Shown: positions 9,596-19,218 of the stretch, one piece after another
Numbering within the stretch: position 1 is the first letter of the stretch
How the letters are laid out: each line of letters opens with the position of its first letter
Assembly (NCBI GenBank): GCA_965243135.1
Contig: OZ251539.1
Coordinates: forward strand, 1,536,001-1,600,000
DNA length: 64,000 nt
Source: Alphaproteobacteria bacterium
GTDB taxonomy: Bacteria; Pseudomonadota; Alphaproteobacteria; MPNO01; UBA830
Reading direction: 5' to 3'
Notes under the pieces: generated by a model
What the model saw: only the letters and a program-made list of their open reading frames with translations
Database searches by the model: none
Told to the model about the DNA's origin: nothing
Program-made: the position numbers and the translations under genes

Positions 9596-10312
9596 CTACA
9601 TTGCCGCTTCGGCAGGCGCGTTGCGCATCGTCGAGGCTTCGAGGCGCGCGCAAAGCTCGTCGGTCGCCTGCACGTCGCCGAAATGCAGGTAGAACGCCTT
9701 GAGCGCGCCGGCGTGCTCCTCGTCCGTCGCGGTCGCGCAGCCGTCGGAAACCATGAGCGTGCGATAGTTCAGCATCATCGCGTCCCGGGCCGTCGATTCG
9801 CAGCAAACGTTGGTCGCCACGCCGCAGACGAGAACGGTTTCGATGCCGTTGTCCTTGAGCACGAGTTCGATGTCGGACGACCCCTGGATGAAGGCGCTGT
9901 AGCGGCGTTTCACGACGCGGCGATCCTCGTCGCGGACGTCGAGAGTCGGCCAAAGCTCGAACGGCCACTCGCCGCGGGTCATCGATCTGATTCGGATTTC
10001 TCCTTTTTCCGGCGTGTTCCGCTCGTGCGCCGCCTTCCACGAAACGGAGGTGTCCGCCGGGGCCAGATTCTGAATCCAGATCACGATGCCGCCGGTCCGG
10101 CGCACCGTGTCGGCAATCCGGTTGACGTTGTCGACCACGGTCTGGCCGACAGGGCAGCCGGCTTGCTGGCTTTCGTCCATGAAGTAGTTCTGCATGTCGA
10201 CGACGACGAGGGCGGTCTTGGCGGTGTCGAAGACTTCGCAGGTATGTTCGCGTCCTTGGCGTTCGACGATGCGGTCGATGTAGCTGCGCGGCATTTCGAA
10301 AGGATGGGGCAT
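9596..10312 (-). CDS. Isochorismatase-family cysteine hydrolase (amidase)
   Basis: D-K-C triad motifs VVDMQN, VKRRYSAF, TNVCCESTARDA. Confidence 0.9.
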   Translation of the reverse strand: MPHPFEMPRSYIDRIVERQGREHTCEVFDTAKTALVVVDMQNYFMDESQQAGCPVGQTVVDNVNRIADTVRRTGGIVIWIQNLAPADTSVSWKAAHERNTPEKGEIRIRSMTRGEWPFELWPTLDVRDEDRRVVKRRYSAFIQGSSDIELVLKDNGIETVLVCGVATNVCCESTARDAMMLNYRTLMVSDGCATATDEEHAGALKAFYLHFGDVQATDELCARLEASTMRNAPAEAAM

Positions 10313-10664
10313 GTCGGTCTCCCTGATCTCCCCGAATGATACGCCCGCTCGGCGCGGCGGCCAAGCGGTTCGCAGAACGGCTCGGGGCCGGGATCCCGGG
10401 AGCGCGAAAATCCTGACGATATTTTAATGAATTCAATTTATAAACAAATGAACTTCGTTTTTTGAATTAGAAAAATCCGCGTGGCCCGTCCTTGCTTTCG
10501 ACCGCCGCTTTCGCAGCCGAAGGGCCGGGACTCCGGGCGCTCGCGAGCGCGATGCGGTTTCGGAAGGACGCATGGGCTGGACAGGCGCAAGGGTTTGTCC
10601 TAGAGAACGAGGAAGAACGAGCGGCCAAGGGGCGAGAAACGTTCGCCGCGTCAGGGGAGGCTTC

Positions 10665-11225
10665 ATGTCGACAAAATCGAACCCCGAGATTCCGAAACCC
10701 ATCCATTTCGGCATCGTCACGATGCCGCGCGCGATCATCGGCGTTATGATCCTTGCCGGAATAGCGATAAATTTCGCCAACGTGATTGGCCGCTACGTCT
10801 TTCTCGAGCCGATCATCTGGGCCGAGGAAATCATGATCTACATCATGGTCTGGACGGTCTTCATCGGCACCGTTCTGGTTTCTTACGAAGGACAGCATCT
10901 CAAGATGGACTTCTTCTCGATCATGCTGCCGTCGCCGTGGAAGGAGATCATCAACCTGATCGCGACGCTCGCGATCCTCGCCGTGTGCCTGTTCGTCATC
11001 CCGCAGAACTGGACCGTCGTCGAGTTGATGTGGAACAACGACCAGCGCAGCGTCGTCGCCGAGATCCCGATGGTGATCCCGCATTTCGCGCTCATGCTGG
11101 GCTTCATCCTGGTGTTCGTGGCGATCGTCGCGCGCTTCCGCTCGCACGTGAAAGGCAGCCTGACGAGCGGCGTCGACGAGATCGTGGAAGAATACGGCGA
11201 GAACGCCGAAGCCTCCGAACGCTGA
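10665..11225 (+). CDS. dctQ: TRAP transporter small permease
   Basis: About 4 TM; NVIGRYVF, WAEE, HLKMD; precedes DctM. Confidence 0.9.
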   Translation: MSTKSNPEIPKPIHFGIVTMPRAIIGVMILAGIAINFANVIGRYVFLEPIIWAEEIMIYIMVWTVFIGTVLVSYEGQHLKMDFFSIMLPSPWKEIINLIATLAILAVCLFVIPQNWTVVELMWNNDQRSVVAEIPMVIPHFALMLGFILVFVAIVARFRSHVKGSLTSGVDEIVEEYGENAEASER

Positions 11226-11257
11226 TTCACCGAGACGACGAGACAAGGAACGTTTCC

Positions 11258-12532
11258 ATGGAATGGGTAATGGCGATCGTCCCGGTGATATTGCTGCTGC
11301 TGGGCTTCCCGATCTTCGTAATTCTTCTGGCCACGGCGGCAATCGTCTTGATGCTGTTCGCGCCGGTGCCGCCGATGGCGGTTCACATCAACATGTTCGG
11401 CAGCGTGGACAAATTCGCCCTGATGGCGGTGCCGTTCTTCATCTTCGCCGGCGAGTTGATGGGCCACGGCGGCATCTCGAAGCGCATCGTGGCATGGGTC
11501 CTCTCGATCATCGGCGGCGTTCGGGGCAGCCTGGCGCTGACCACCGTCGGCACCTGCACGGTCTTCGGCGCGATTTCGGGATCGAGTCCCGCGACCGTCG
11601 CGGCGGTCGGAAGACTGCTTTACGGACCGCTTCGCAACGCGGGTTACGACGAGAAATTCTCGTCCGGCTTGCTGGCGTCCTCGGGCGCCATCGCCATCGT
11701 GATCCCACCCTCCATCGGCATGATTCTCTACGGCGCGTCGGCCGAACAGTCGGTCGCCCTTCTCTTCATCGCGGGCGTGATTCCGGGCTTGGTCATGGCG
11801 TTTCTGATGGCCGCTTACATCTACGCGTTCGCCATCCGCCGTGGCATCCGCGAGGCTTCCGGGTTCTCCCTGGGCGCTTTCATGGTCGCGAGCAAGGAGG
11901 GCGTGTGGGCATTGGGAACTCCGGTCATCATCCTCGGGGGAATATACGCCGGGGTGTTCTCGCCGACGGAGTCGGCCGGCATCGCCTGCGTTTACGCTAT
12001 CCTGGTGACCCGTTTCGTTTACGGAGACATCAGCTGGAAGGGCATCTGGCAGGTCTCCGTCAACTCGATGTACCTGACCGCCCAGGTTCTGATCATCGTC
12101 GCCGCCGCGGGCGTCTTCTCGCAGCTTCTCACCATCAGCGGCGTGCCCCAGAGCGCCGTCGCCGCGATCCAGGAAATGAACCTGGAGCCGTGGATGGTGT
12201 TGCTCGTGATCAACGTCTTCCTGCTGTTCGTCGGCTGCCTGCTCGATCCGGGGTCGGCAATCCTCGTGCTGACTCCGTTGCTTGCGCCCATCGCGTTGGC
12301 GATCGGCGTCGACCTGATCCATTTCGGCATCATCATGACGGTGAATCTGGCGATCGGCATGTTCACGCCTCCCTTCGGGCTCAACATCTTCGTGACCCAG
12401 GCGCTCTTCAAGGCGCCGCTGACGAGCATTTATCCCGGGCTGGTGCCGTTCATCTTCATCAACATCGTCGCGCTGCTGATCGTCACCTATATTCCGGAAC
12501 TGTCGCTTTTCCTGACCCGCTACGTGAACTGA
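11258..12532 (+). CDS. dctM: TRAP transporter large permease
   Basis: AVPFFIFAGELM, GAISGSS.AT, IPPSI, GMFTPPFG. Confidence 0.93.
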   Translation: MEWVMAIVPVILLLLGFPIFVILLATAAIVLMLFAPVPPMAVHINMFGSVDKFALMAVPFFIFAGELMGHGGISKRIVAWVLSIIGGVRGSLALTTVGTCTVFGAISGSSPATVAAVGRLLYGPLRNAGYDEKFSSGLLASSGAIAIVIPPSIGMILYGASAEQSVALLFIAGVIPGLVMAFLMAAYIYAFAIRRGIREASGFSLGAFMVASKEGVWALGTPVIILGGIYAGVFSPTESAGIACVYAILVTRFVYGDISWKGIWQVSVNSMYLTAQVLIIVAAAGVFSQLLTISGVPQSAVAAIQEMNLEPWMVLLVINVFLLFVGCLLDPGSAILVLTPLLAPIALAIGVDLIHFGIIMTVNLAIGMFTPPFGLNIFVTQALFKAPLTSIYPGLVPFIFINIVALLIVTYIPELSLFLTRYVN

Positions 12533-12566
12533 GCGCGCGGGCCGGCAGCGCTTCCGCGGCCGCCTG

Positions 12567-13454
12567 ATGGAGCAGCGCAGGCTCGGGCTTCTGGCGCTGG
12601 CGTTGACAGTGTTCTGCTTCGGAACGTTGTGGACGGCGGCCAAGGTCGCGATCGACCACATCCCGCCGTTGTGGTTCACGGCCGGCCGGTTCGCGATCGG
12701 CGGCGTCTTCGTCGCGTCGATTCTGGCCGCATACGGCCAGTTGCGCCTGCCGCCGCGCGCCGACGTTCCCATCATTCTGAGCGTCGGCGGGCTGATGTTC
12801 GGCGTCTATTCCTCGATTTTCCAGAACGCCCTGGAATTCGTCCATGCCGGGCGGGCGACCATTCTCGGATACACCACGGCGATCTTCGTCACCCCGGCGG
12901 CGGTCCTGTTTCTCGGCGAGAGACTGCCGCGGACGAGGTTGATCGGACTGCTGGCCGCGACGGCCGGATTTCTCGTGCTGTTCAATCCGTCCGAACTCGA
13001 CTGGTCCGACGCCGACACGCTCGTCGGCAACGGGATGATCCTGTTCTGCGTCATCCTGTGGTCGGGCGTGATCCTGCATCTCAGGGTGCACCGGCAGGCG
13101 TCCGACACCTTGCAGCTGGTGCCGTACTTCCTTCTGACCGCCTTCGTCGTGGCGTTCGTATCGGCGTTGTCGTTCGAGGGCGTCCCGGACTTCGAGGTCA
13201 CGGGCACGGTCTGGGCGCTCTACCTGTATTCCGGGGTCGTCGTCAGCGGCCTCGGCAACTGGGGCGTCACGACCGCCATCAGGAATCTGCCGTCGGCCGT
13301 GTCCACGGTAGGTCTTCTCGGCGTGCCCGTGCTGGCGCTGGTCATCAGCGTCCTGCTGCTCGAGGAGAAGCTGACCTACTCGCTGGCGGCCGGGATCTGC
13401 CTGATCGTCGGCGGGATCGCAGCCGTAACCCTGTCGAAGGAGAAGCCATCATGA
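12567..13454 (+). CDS. DMT/EamA family transporter
   Basis: About 10 TM in two repeats; PLWFTAGRF, FLGERL, LLEEKL. Confidence 0.88.
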   Translation: MEQRRLGLLALALTVFCFGTLWTAAKVAIDHIPPLWFTAGRFAIGGVFVASILAAYGQLRLPPRADVPIILSVGGLMFGVYSSIFQNALEFVHAGRATILGYTTAIFVTPAAVLFLGERLPRTRLIGLLAATAGFLVLFNPSELDWSDADTLVGNGMILFCVILWSGVILHLRVHRQASDTLQLVPYFLLTAFVVAFVSALSFEGVPDFEVTGTVWALYLYSGVVVSGLGNWGVTTAIRNLPSAVSTVGLLGVPVLALVISVLLLEEKLTYSLAAGICLIVGGIAAVTLSKEKPS

Positions 13455-14203
13455 CCTGCGCGGACAAGAGCGTCATCGTGACCGGGGCGGCGAGCGGCAT
13501 AGGCCGCGCCTGCGCGAAGCGCCTGCTTGCCGACGGCAACCGGGTCGCCGCGGTCGATTTCGATCGCGCCGCGCTCGAAAGGGAGTTGGGCGCCGAGAAC
13601 GAAGCGCTGAAACTGATCGCGGGCGACGTCGCCCGCACGGAAACGGCGGAGACCGCGGTCGCGAAGTCGGTCGCCGCGTTCGGCGCCGTCGATGGACTTG
13701 CCCATTTCGCGGCGGCGCATTCGAAGCTCAACTGGGAAAGCGCCGACGAGGAGGAGTTCAATCGCATCCTGTCGATCAACGTGACGGGCTCGTTTCTGAT
13801 GGCGAAGGCGGCGGCGAAAGCGATGATCGCTCGCGGCACGGCGGGCGCGATCGTCCTTACCGCATCCGGCGGCGTCCTGATGGGCGGAACCGGCGAGCAG
13901 GGGAGAGGCGGTCCCGCCTATACGACCTCCAAGGGCGGCGTCCTGGTCCTGGTTCGCGCCCTCGCGAAGTCCTGGGGCCGGTACGGCATCCGCGTGAACG
14001 CCGTCAGCCCCGGCGTGGTCGAAACCGCGATGACGGCGGAATACACCGCCGACGCCAAGGCGGGCGCCGCGGCGCGCAGCGCGCTCGGCCGCATATCCCG
14101 CCCCGAAGAGCAGGCGGCCGCCGCCATCTGGTTGCTGTCGGACGGCGCCAGCTTCGTTACCGGCGAAAACCTCAACGCGAACGGCGGCGCCGCCTTCGGA
14201 TAA
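13451..14203 (+). CDS. Short-chain dehydrogenase/reductase
   Basis: VTGAASGIG, YTTSK, IRVNAVSPG, FVTGE; ATGA-coupled to upstream gene. Confidence 0.93.
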   Translation: MTCADKSVIVTGAASGIGRACAKRLLADGNRVAAVDFDRAALERELGAENEALKLIAGDVARTETAETAVAKSVAAFGAVDGLAHFAAAHSKLNWESADEEEFNRILSINVTGSFLMAKAAAKAMIARGTAGAIVLTASGGVLMGGTGEQGRGGPAYTTSKGGVLVLVRALAKSWGRYGIRVNAVSPGVVETAMTAEYTADAKAGAAARSALGRISRPEEQAAAAIWLLSDGASFVTGENLNANGGAAFG

Positions 14204-14309
14204 ACGTTCCCCGCGCCGTCATGGCGCGGCGTTCGCGTCGCCGAAATCGCGCTGCGGGGCGTTCCGTTTCGACCTCCCGCGAAGCCTTCGCCGCCGGCGG
14301 CGGCCGGAA

Positions 14310-15848
14310 TCACGCGGCGGAAGCGGCCCACATTTTCCTGAGTTCTTCGCGCCGGATCTTTCCGCGCTCGTTCTTCGGCAGGGAGTCGACGAACACGATC
14401 CGTCGCGGCCGCCGGGACGCGGGCAGCGTCGCTTCCGCATGAGCCAGGATCGTTTCCGCGTCGGGATCGGCGCCGGAGACGGGCACCACGTAGCAGGCGA
14501 TTTCCTCTCCCCACACCGGATCGGGAACGCCGATGGCCGCGGCCTCGCCGACCGCGGGATGCTTCATCATCGCGGCGTCGATTTCGAGCGGGGCGATCGA
14601 AACCCCGCCGCGCAGGATGACGTCCTTCACGCGTCCCGTGACGGTGACGAACCCTTCGCCGTCCATGACTCCGAGGTCTCCGACGCGCGTCCGTTCCGTC
14701 AGGCGAAAAGCCGTTCGGTCCTGCCAAACGCCGTCGGAGGTGATGGCGGCGACGGCCGTCTGCGGACCGCGGATCGTGATTTCTCCGGGGACGCCGGCGG
14801 GGCACGGCGCTCCGTTCCCGTCGACGATCGCGAGATCCATGTATTTCGCGGGCGGACCGGCCGTGCCGACCCGGCGCATGTCGTGGCGATTGCCGCACAG
14901 CCATCCGCCTTCGGACGCGCCGTAGAACTGGAGCAGGCGGACGCCGTAACGGCTCTCGAACCGGCGCCAGTTGTCGGGCGCGAGCGGCGCCGAACTCGCG
15001 GTCATCAGCCGCAGCGTCGGCGCATGCCCGGGCGGCGCTTCCACCGGATCTTCGAGCAGCATGTTGATCACCGTCGGGACGCCGGCGGCGACGCTGATCC
15101 GGTGCTCCCGCGCCCAGTCGAAGAACCGGCCGCGGGAAAATCCGTCCGCCACGAAGATCGAAAGGCCGAGCTGGACGAAAGGCATGAAGGTGACGATCTG
15201 CGGCGACAGCCAGCTGAAGGTGCGGTATTCGAGCAGGCGGTCGGCGGCGGTCATGCCGGTGAAGTCGATGGTCGAGAGGCCGCACAGCCACAGGCCGAGA
15301 TGGTCCCAGACGACGCATTTGGGGCGGTCGGTGGTCCCCGACGTGGCGAAGACGCATGCCTCGTCTTCCGGGCCGTATTCCCGGCCCGGAGGCGGCAGGA
15401 TCGACGCGTCGGCGGACAGCGAGAAGAACCCCTCGGTTTCGTCGAGGCCGCGAAAGACGGTTTCCGGGCAGCCGGGCGCGAACGGCCCGCCGATGTCGGC
15501 GCGGCGCGCGACGAGCGCCGGGCGGATGGCCGCGAGGATCGAGCGCAGATGGTCCGGCTGAATCTCCGTATGGAAGGGACAGGCCGACGCGCCGCAGCGC
15601 CACGCCGCGAACATCAGGACCAGTTTTTCCACGCATTCGCCCGACAGGATCGCGACGCGGTCGTTCCGCTTCACGCCGAAGGCCGCCATGCGCGCCGCGC
15701 TGCGCTCGACGGCGTCCCGGAGCGCGGCGAAATCCAGCGAAACGTTCCGGTCGACGGCACGGACGGCGGTCTTGCGCGGATGCCGTTCGGCGAACTCCCG
15801 GAAGGCCGCTCCGAGGGTGCGGAAAGGAATGTCGAGCGGCGGCGTCAC
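14310..15848 (-). CDS. Class I adenylate-forming enzyme (acyl/aryl-CoA ligase)
   Basis: ATSGTTDRPK, YGASE, GDLG..D, GRVKDVI.RGG, PKNERGKI; GTG start overlaps upstream stop. Confidence 0.9.
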   Translation of the reverse strand: MTPPLDIPFRTLGAAFREFAERHPRKTAVRAVDRNVSLDFAALRDAVERSAARMAAFGVKRNDRVAILSGECVEKLVLMFAAWRCGASACPFHTEIQPDHLRSILAAIRPALVARRADIGGPFAPGCPETVFRGLDETEGFFSLSADASILPPPGREYGPEDEACVFATSGTTDRPKCVVWDHLGLWLCGLSTIDFTGMTAADRLLEYRTFSWLSPQIVTFMPFVQLGLSIFVADGFSRGRFFDWAREHRISVAAGVPTVINMLLEDPVEAPPGHAPTLRLMTASSAPLAPDNWRRFESRYGVRLLQFYGASEGGWLCGNRHDMRRVGTAGPPAKYMDLAIVDGNGAPCPAGVPGEITIRGPQTAVAAITSDGVWQDRTAFRLTERTRVGDLGVMDGEGFVTVTGRVKDVILRGGVSIAPLEIDAAMMKHPAVGEAAAIGVPDPVWGEEIACYVVPVSGADPDAETILAHAEATLPASRRPRRIVFVDSLPKNERGKIRREELRKMWAASAA

Positions 15849-16858
15849 CGCTCGTCCAGCCGAAGCAGCCGGGACAGGTTGCCGCCGAATATCCTGCCGC
15901 GCGTTGCGGCGTCGACCGGGAGGCTCTCGACCGCGCCGATGGTCTCGCGGATGAGGTACGCGCCGCCTTGGGGATCGAAAGGCGCGTCGGTCGCGAACAG
16001 GGAGCGGTCCGGGCCGAAGAAGTCGAGGCCGCACGCCGCGGCGGCCCGCGAACCGTTGGTCGCGGTGTCGGCGTAGAACATCCTGAAATACTCCTTCGGT
16101 TGGCGCTTCAGGCCGGCCCGCTCGGCGAGCGGGTTGCGGTTCATGTCGCCAGCCGCGATCTGTTCGAACCCGATGCCGATCTTCTCGGCGAAGAAGGGAA
16201 TCATGCCGCCGTAGTGATGGGTGACGATCTTGATGCCGGGCAGCCTGTCGAACAGGCCGGAATAAACGAGCCGGGCCATGCAGGCGCTCGTTTCGTAGGG
16301 CCAGCCGAAGGTGAACCAGATTTCGCATTCGGAAGCGTCTTCGGTCGCGTAGTCGGGAAAGTTCGGCCCCCGCATGGGGTGGATCCAGATCGGCAGGTCG
16401 TGCTCCGCCATGGTTTCGAACACGGGCCGGAACTCGGGCGCGGAGAGGGGTCTTCCGAGCACGTTGGTGAACACCTGGACGCCTCGGGCTCCGAGTTCGG
16501 AGATCGCGCGGTCGGCTTCCGCCGCCGCCGCGTCGGGATTGTTCATCGGCAGCGACGCGACGAACGCCGGGAAGCGGTCGGGGTCGCGCCGCGCCCGTTC
16601 GGCGAGTCCGTCGTTGGCGAGGCGGGCGAGGGCGGGCGTCCGTTCCGGGGGTCCCAGCATCTCGATCGGCGGATTCGCGAGCGAGAGGACTTGCCGGTAG
16701 TCGTCGAAGCCGTCGAGCAGCCTGAGATGGGCGTCGGCGTCGTGCAGCGCTTCCAGCTTTCCGAAGAACCTGACGACGCGCGGATCGGGCGCGAGCTCGG
16801 CGAACTTCTCGAAATACGCTTTCGGAATGACGTGGTTGTAGGCGTCGATTCGTTGCAT
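15845..16858 (-). CDS. Amidohydrolase_2 family protein (possible non-oxidative decarboxylase or hydrolase)
   Basis: RIDAYNH, PIWIHP, THHYGGMIP, FYADTA, FATDAPF. Confidence 0.85.
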   Translation of the reverse strand: MQRIDAYNHVIPKAYFEKFAELAPDPRVVRFFGKLEALHDADAHLRLLDGFDDYRQVLSLANPPIEMLGPPERTPALARLANDGLAERARRDPDRFPAFVASLPMNNPDAAAAEADRAISELGARGVQVFTNVLGRPLSAPEFRPVFETMAEHDLPIWIHPMRGPNFPDYATEDASECEIWFTFGWPYETSACMARLVYSGLFDRLPGIKIVTHHYGGMIPFFAEKIGIGFEQIAAGDMNRNPLAERAGLKRQPKEYFRMFYADTATNGSRAAAACGLDFFGPDRSLFATDAPFDPQGGAYLIRETIGAVESLPVDAATRGRIFGGNLSRLLRLDER

Positions 16859-16964
16859 GGCGTCTTCCCGAAGGTTTCACGCGAGGTCCCGATGCGCATA
16901 GTATGGAGAAACCTGCGGGACCGGAAGGCGCCGGCACTGCAGACGGGCGAAAGGGGAAGCCGTC

Positions 16965-18002
16965 ATGTTCCTGAAGAACGCATGGTACGCAGCGGCATGG
17001 GAGAGCGAGATCGCGGAGGGGCCGCTGGGCCGGACCATCCTCGGCGAGCCGGTCGTTCTGTTCCGCGCGGCGGGCGGCGTCGCGGCGCTGGAGGACAGGT
17101 GCTGTCATCGCGGGCTGCCGCTGTCGATGGGCCGGGTCGCGGGAGAGCGCATCCAGTGCGGCTATCACGGCCTCGAGTTCGACGCGTCCGGCTCCTGCGT
17201 GAAGGTGCCCGGCCAGGCGCGGATTCCGCCGGGCGCGCGCGTGCGCTCCTATCCCGTCGCGCTGCGTTACGGCTGGATCTGGATCTGGACCGGCGATCCG
17301 GACAGGGCGGACGAGGCGTTTCTGCCCGACTGGTGGTGGTGCGACAGTCCAGAGTGGAAGACGATTCGCGGACGGAACGAGACGCCGATGCCGGTGGCGG
17401 CGAACTACATGCTGATTTCCGACAATCTGTTCGACGTCTCGCATCTCAGCTACGTGCACAGCGCCTCGATCGGCAACGACGCGATCGTCGAGTTCCCGGC
17501 GAAGACGACGCACGGCGACCGGCGGGCGGTCATGACGCGGCTGGTGCGCGACCGCCCGCCCGCCCCCTTCTACCTCGAGGCGGGCGGGTTCAAGGGCAAT
17601 GTCGACCGCTGGCTCATCACGACCTCGGATCTTCCGTGCTACATCGTCAACGATGCCGGATCGGTCGAGGTCGGGACGGGGATCGTTCCCGGCAAGGTCG
17701 ACGAGAGGGACGGCGTGGAGATGAAGGTCATGAACCTGCCGACGCCGGAGACCGAAACCTCGACGCATTATTTCTACGCGCACGCGCGCCATTTCAAGGT
17801 GGACTCGGAGGAGTGGGACGAGGTCTACCGCACGCAGTTCACGCAGGTCTTCGAGGAGGACAGGATCGTGCTGGAGGCGCAGCAGCGGCGGATGAGCGAG
17901 AAGCCGGACGCCCGCGAAATCGACATCAACAACGACGCGCCGAACATACTGGCGAGACGGATGCTCGACGACCTGATCGGCGCCGAACGGGCCGGAGTCT
18001 GA
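16965..18002 (+). CDS. Rieske non-heme iron oxygenase alpha subunit (VanA-like)
   Basis: CCHRG...CGYHG Rieske motif; DNLFDVSHLSYVH Fe site; FEED. Confidence 0.92.
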   Translation: MFLKNAWYAAAWESEIAEGPLGRTILGEPVVLFRAAGGVAALEDRCCHRGLPLSMGRVAGERIQCGYHGLEFDASGSCVKVPGQARIPPGARVRSYPVALRYGWIWIWTGDPDRADEAFLPDWWWCDSPEWKTIRGRNETPMPVAANYMLISDNLFDVSHLSYVHSASIGNDAIVEFPAKTTHGDRRAVMTRLVRDRPPAPFYLEAGGFKGNVDRWLITTSDLPCYIVNDAGSVEVGTGIVPGKVDERDGVEMKVMNLPTPETETSTHYFYAHARHFKVDSEEWDEVYRTQFTQVFEEDRIVLEAQQRRMSEKPDAREIDINNDAPNILARRMLDDLIGAERAGV

Positions 18003-18027
18003 GGCGCGGAACGACGGAGAAGGACGG

Positions 18028-19206
18028 ATGGCCGGACCGCTGGAAGGCGTTCGCGTGGTCGAGCTGACCACGATGATAACGGGTTCGCTCTGCGGGCAGA
18101 TGCTGGGCGATCTCGGGGCCGACATCGTCAAGGTCGAGCGGCGCGACGGCGGCGACATGTTCCGCGCCTGGCGCGGAGGCGCCTATTCGGCCCAGTTCAC
18201 GGCCTACAACCGGAACAAGCGGTCGATCACCGCGGATCTGCAGCGGGAGGAGGGGCGGGAGGTCGTCTTCAGGCTGGCCGAACGCGCGGACGCGCTGGTG
18301 GAGAACTTTCGCCCAGGCGTCATGGACCGGCTCGGCCTGTCCCTGGAGGCGTTGCGCGCGCGCAACCCGCGGCTGATCTACTGTTCGATCACGGGCTTCG
18401 GGGAAGACGGCCCTTACGAGAAGCGCCCGGCCTACGATGCGGTGGCGCAGTCGCTGGCCGGCATCACGAGTCTGTTCGTCGATCCGGAAGATCCTCAGAT
18501 CGCCGGTCCGACGATCGCCGACAACATGACCGGCATCTCCGCCTGTTACGGGCTTCTGGGCGCGTTGTTCGAGCGCGAGCGCGGCGGGGAGCCGCGCCGC
18601 ATCGACGTCAACATGATCGACAGCGCGGTCTGGTTCATCCCCGATCCGTTCGCCAACCTCGTTCTCCAGGGGATCCGGCAGGGTCCGCTCGCGCGCGTCA
18701 AGGCATCGCAGTCCTACGGCATGACCTGCGGCGACGGCAAACTGCTGGCCGTCCATCTGTCGTCGCCCGAAAAATTCTGGCTGGGCGTCACGGCCGCTTT
18801 CGGGCTCGAGCATTTGCGCGACGACCCGCGCTTCGACGAGCGCATGCGCCGGATCGACAACTATTCGGAACTTGGCATGGAGTTCAAGAAGGCGGCGCGG
18901 CGCCGGCCGCGCGATTACTGGATGCCGCGCCTGGAAGAGAACGACGTTCCCTACGCGCCGATAAACACCCTGGAGGAAGTGTTCGACGATCCCCAAGTGA
19001 AGCATCTCGGGACTTTCGCCGAGGTCGAGGCGGCGGAGAAGGGCCGGCAGAAGTTCGCGCGCCGGCCGGTGCGGTACGACGGTTCGCGGGCCGATCAGAA
19101 ACTGGAGCTCGCGCCGTTGCTCGGCGAGCACACAGGCGAGATTCTGGCCGAGCTTGGCTACGAACCGGCCGAGATCGCGGCGCTGCGGCAAAAGAAGATC
19201 GTCTGA
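18028..19206 (+). CDS. CoA-transferase family III (CaiB/BaiF)
   Basis: GPLEGVRVVEL, DLGADIVKVE, NRNKRS, ENFRPG, AYDAVAQ. Confidence 0.93.
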   Translation: MAGPLEGVRVVELTTMITGSLCGQMLGDLGADIVKVERRDGGDMFRAWRGGAYSAQFTAYNRNKRSITADLQREEGREVVFRLAERADALVENFRPGVMDRLGLSLEALRARNPRLIYCSITGFGEDGPYEKRPAYDAVAQSLAGITSLFVDPEDPQIAGPTIADNMTGISACYGLLGALFERERGGEPRRIDVNMIDSAVWFIPDPFANLVLQGIRQGPLARVKASQSYGMTCGDGKLLAVHLSSPEKFWLGVTAAFGLEHLRDDPRFDERMRRIDNYSELGMEFKKAARRRPRDYWMPRLEENDVPYAPINTLEEVFDDPQVKHLGTFAEVEAAEKGRQKFARRPVRYDGSRADQKLELAPLLGEHTGEILAELGYEPAEIAALRQKKIV

Positions 19207-19218
19207 CGGCGCAGCGCG

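Noticed and set aside
14310-18158. 1282-aa giant protein (also the extended ORFs 39487..42717, 60022..62460, 61467..63773, 12629..14203)
   Set aside because: N-terminal extensions overlap other real genes in other frames; true starts are internal.
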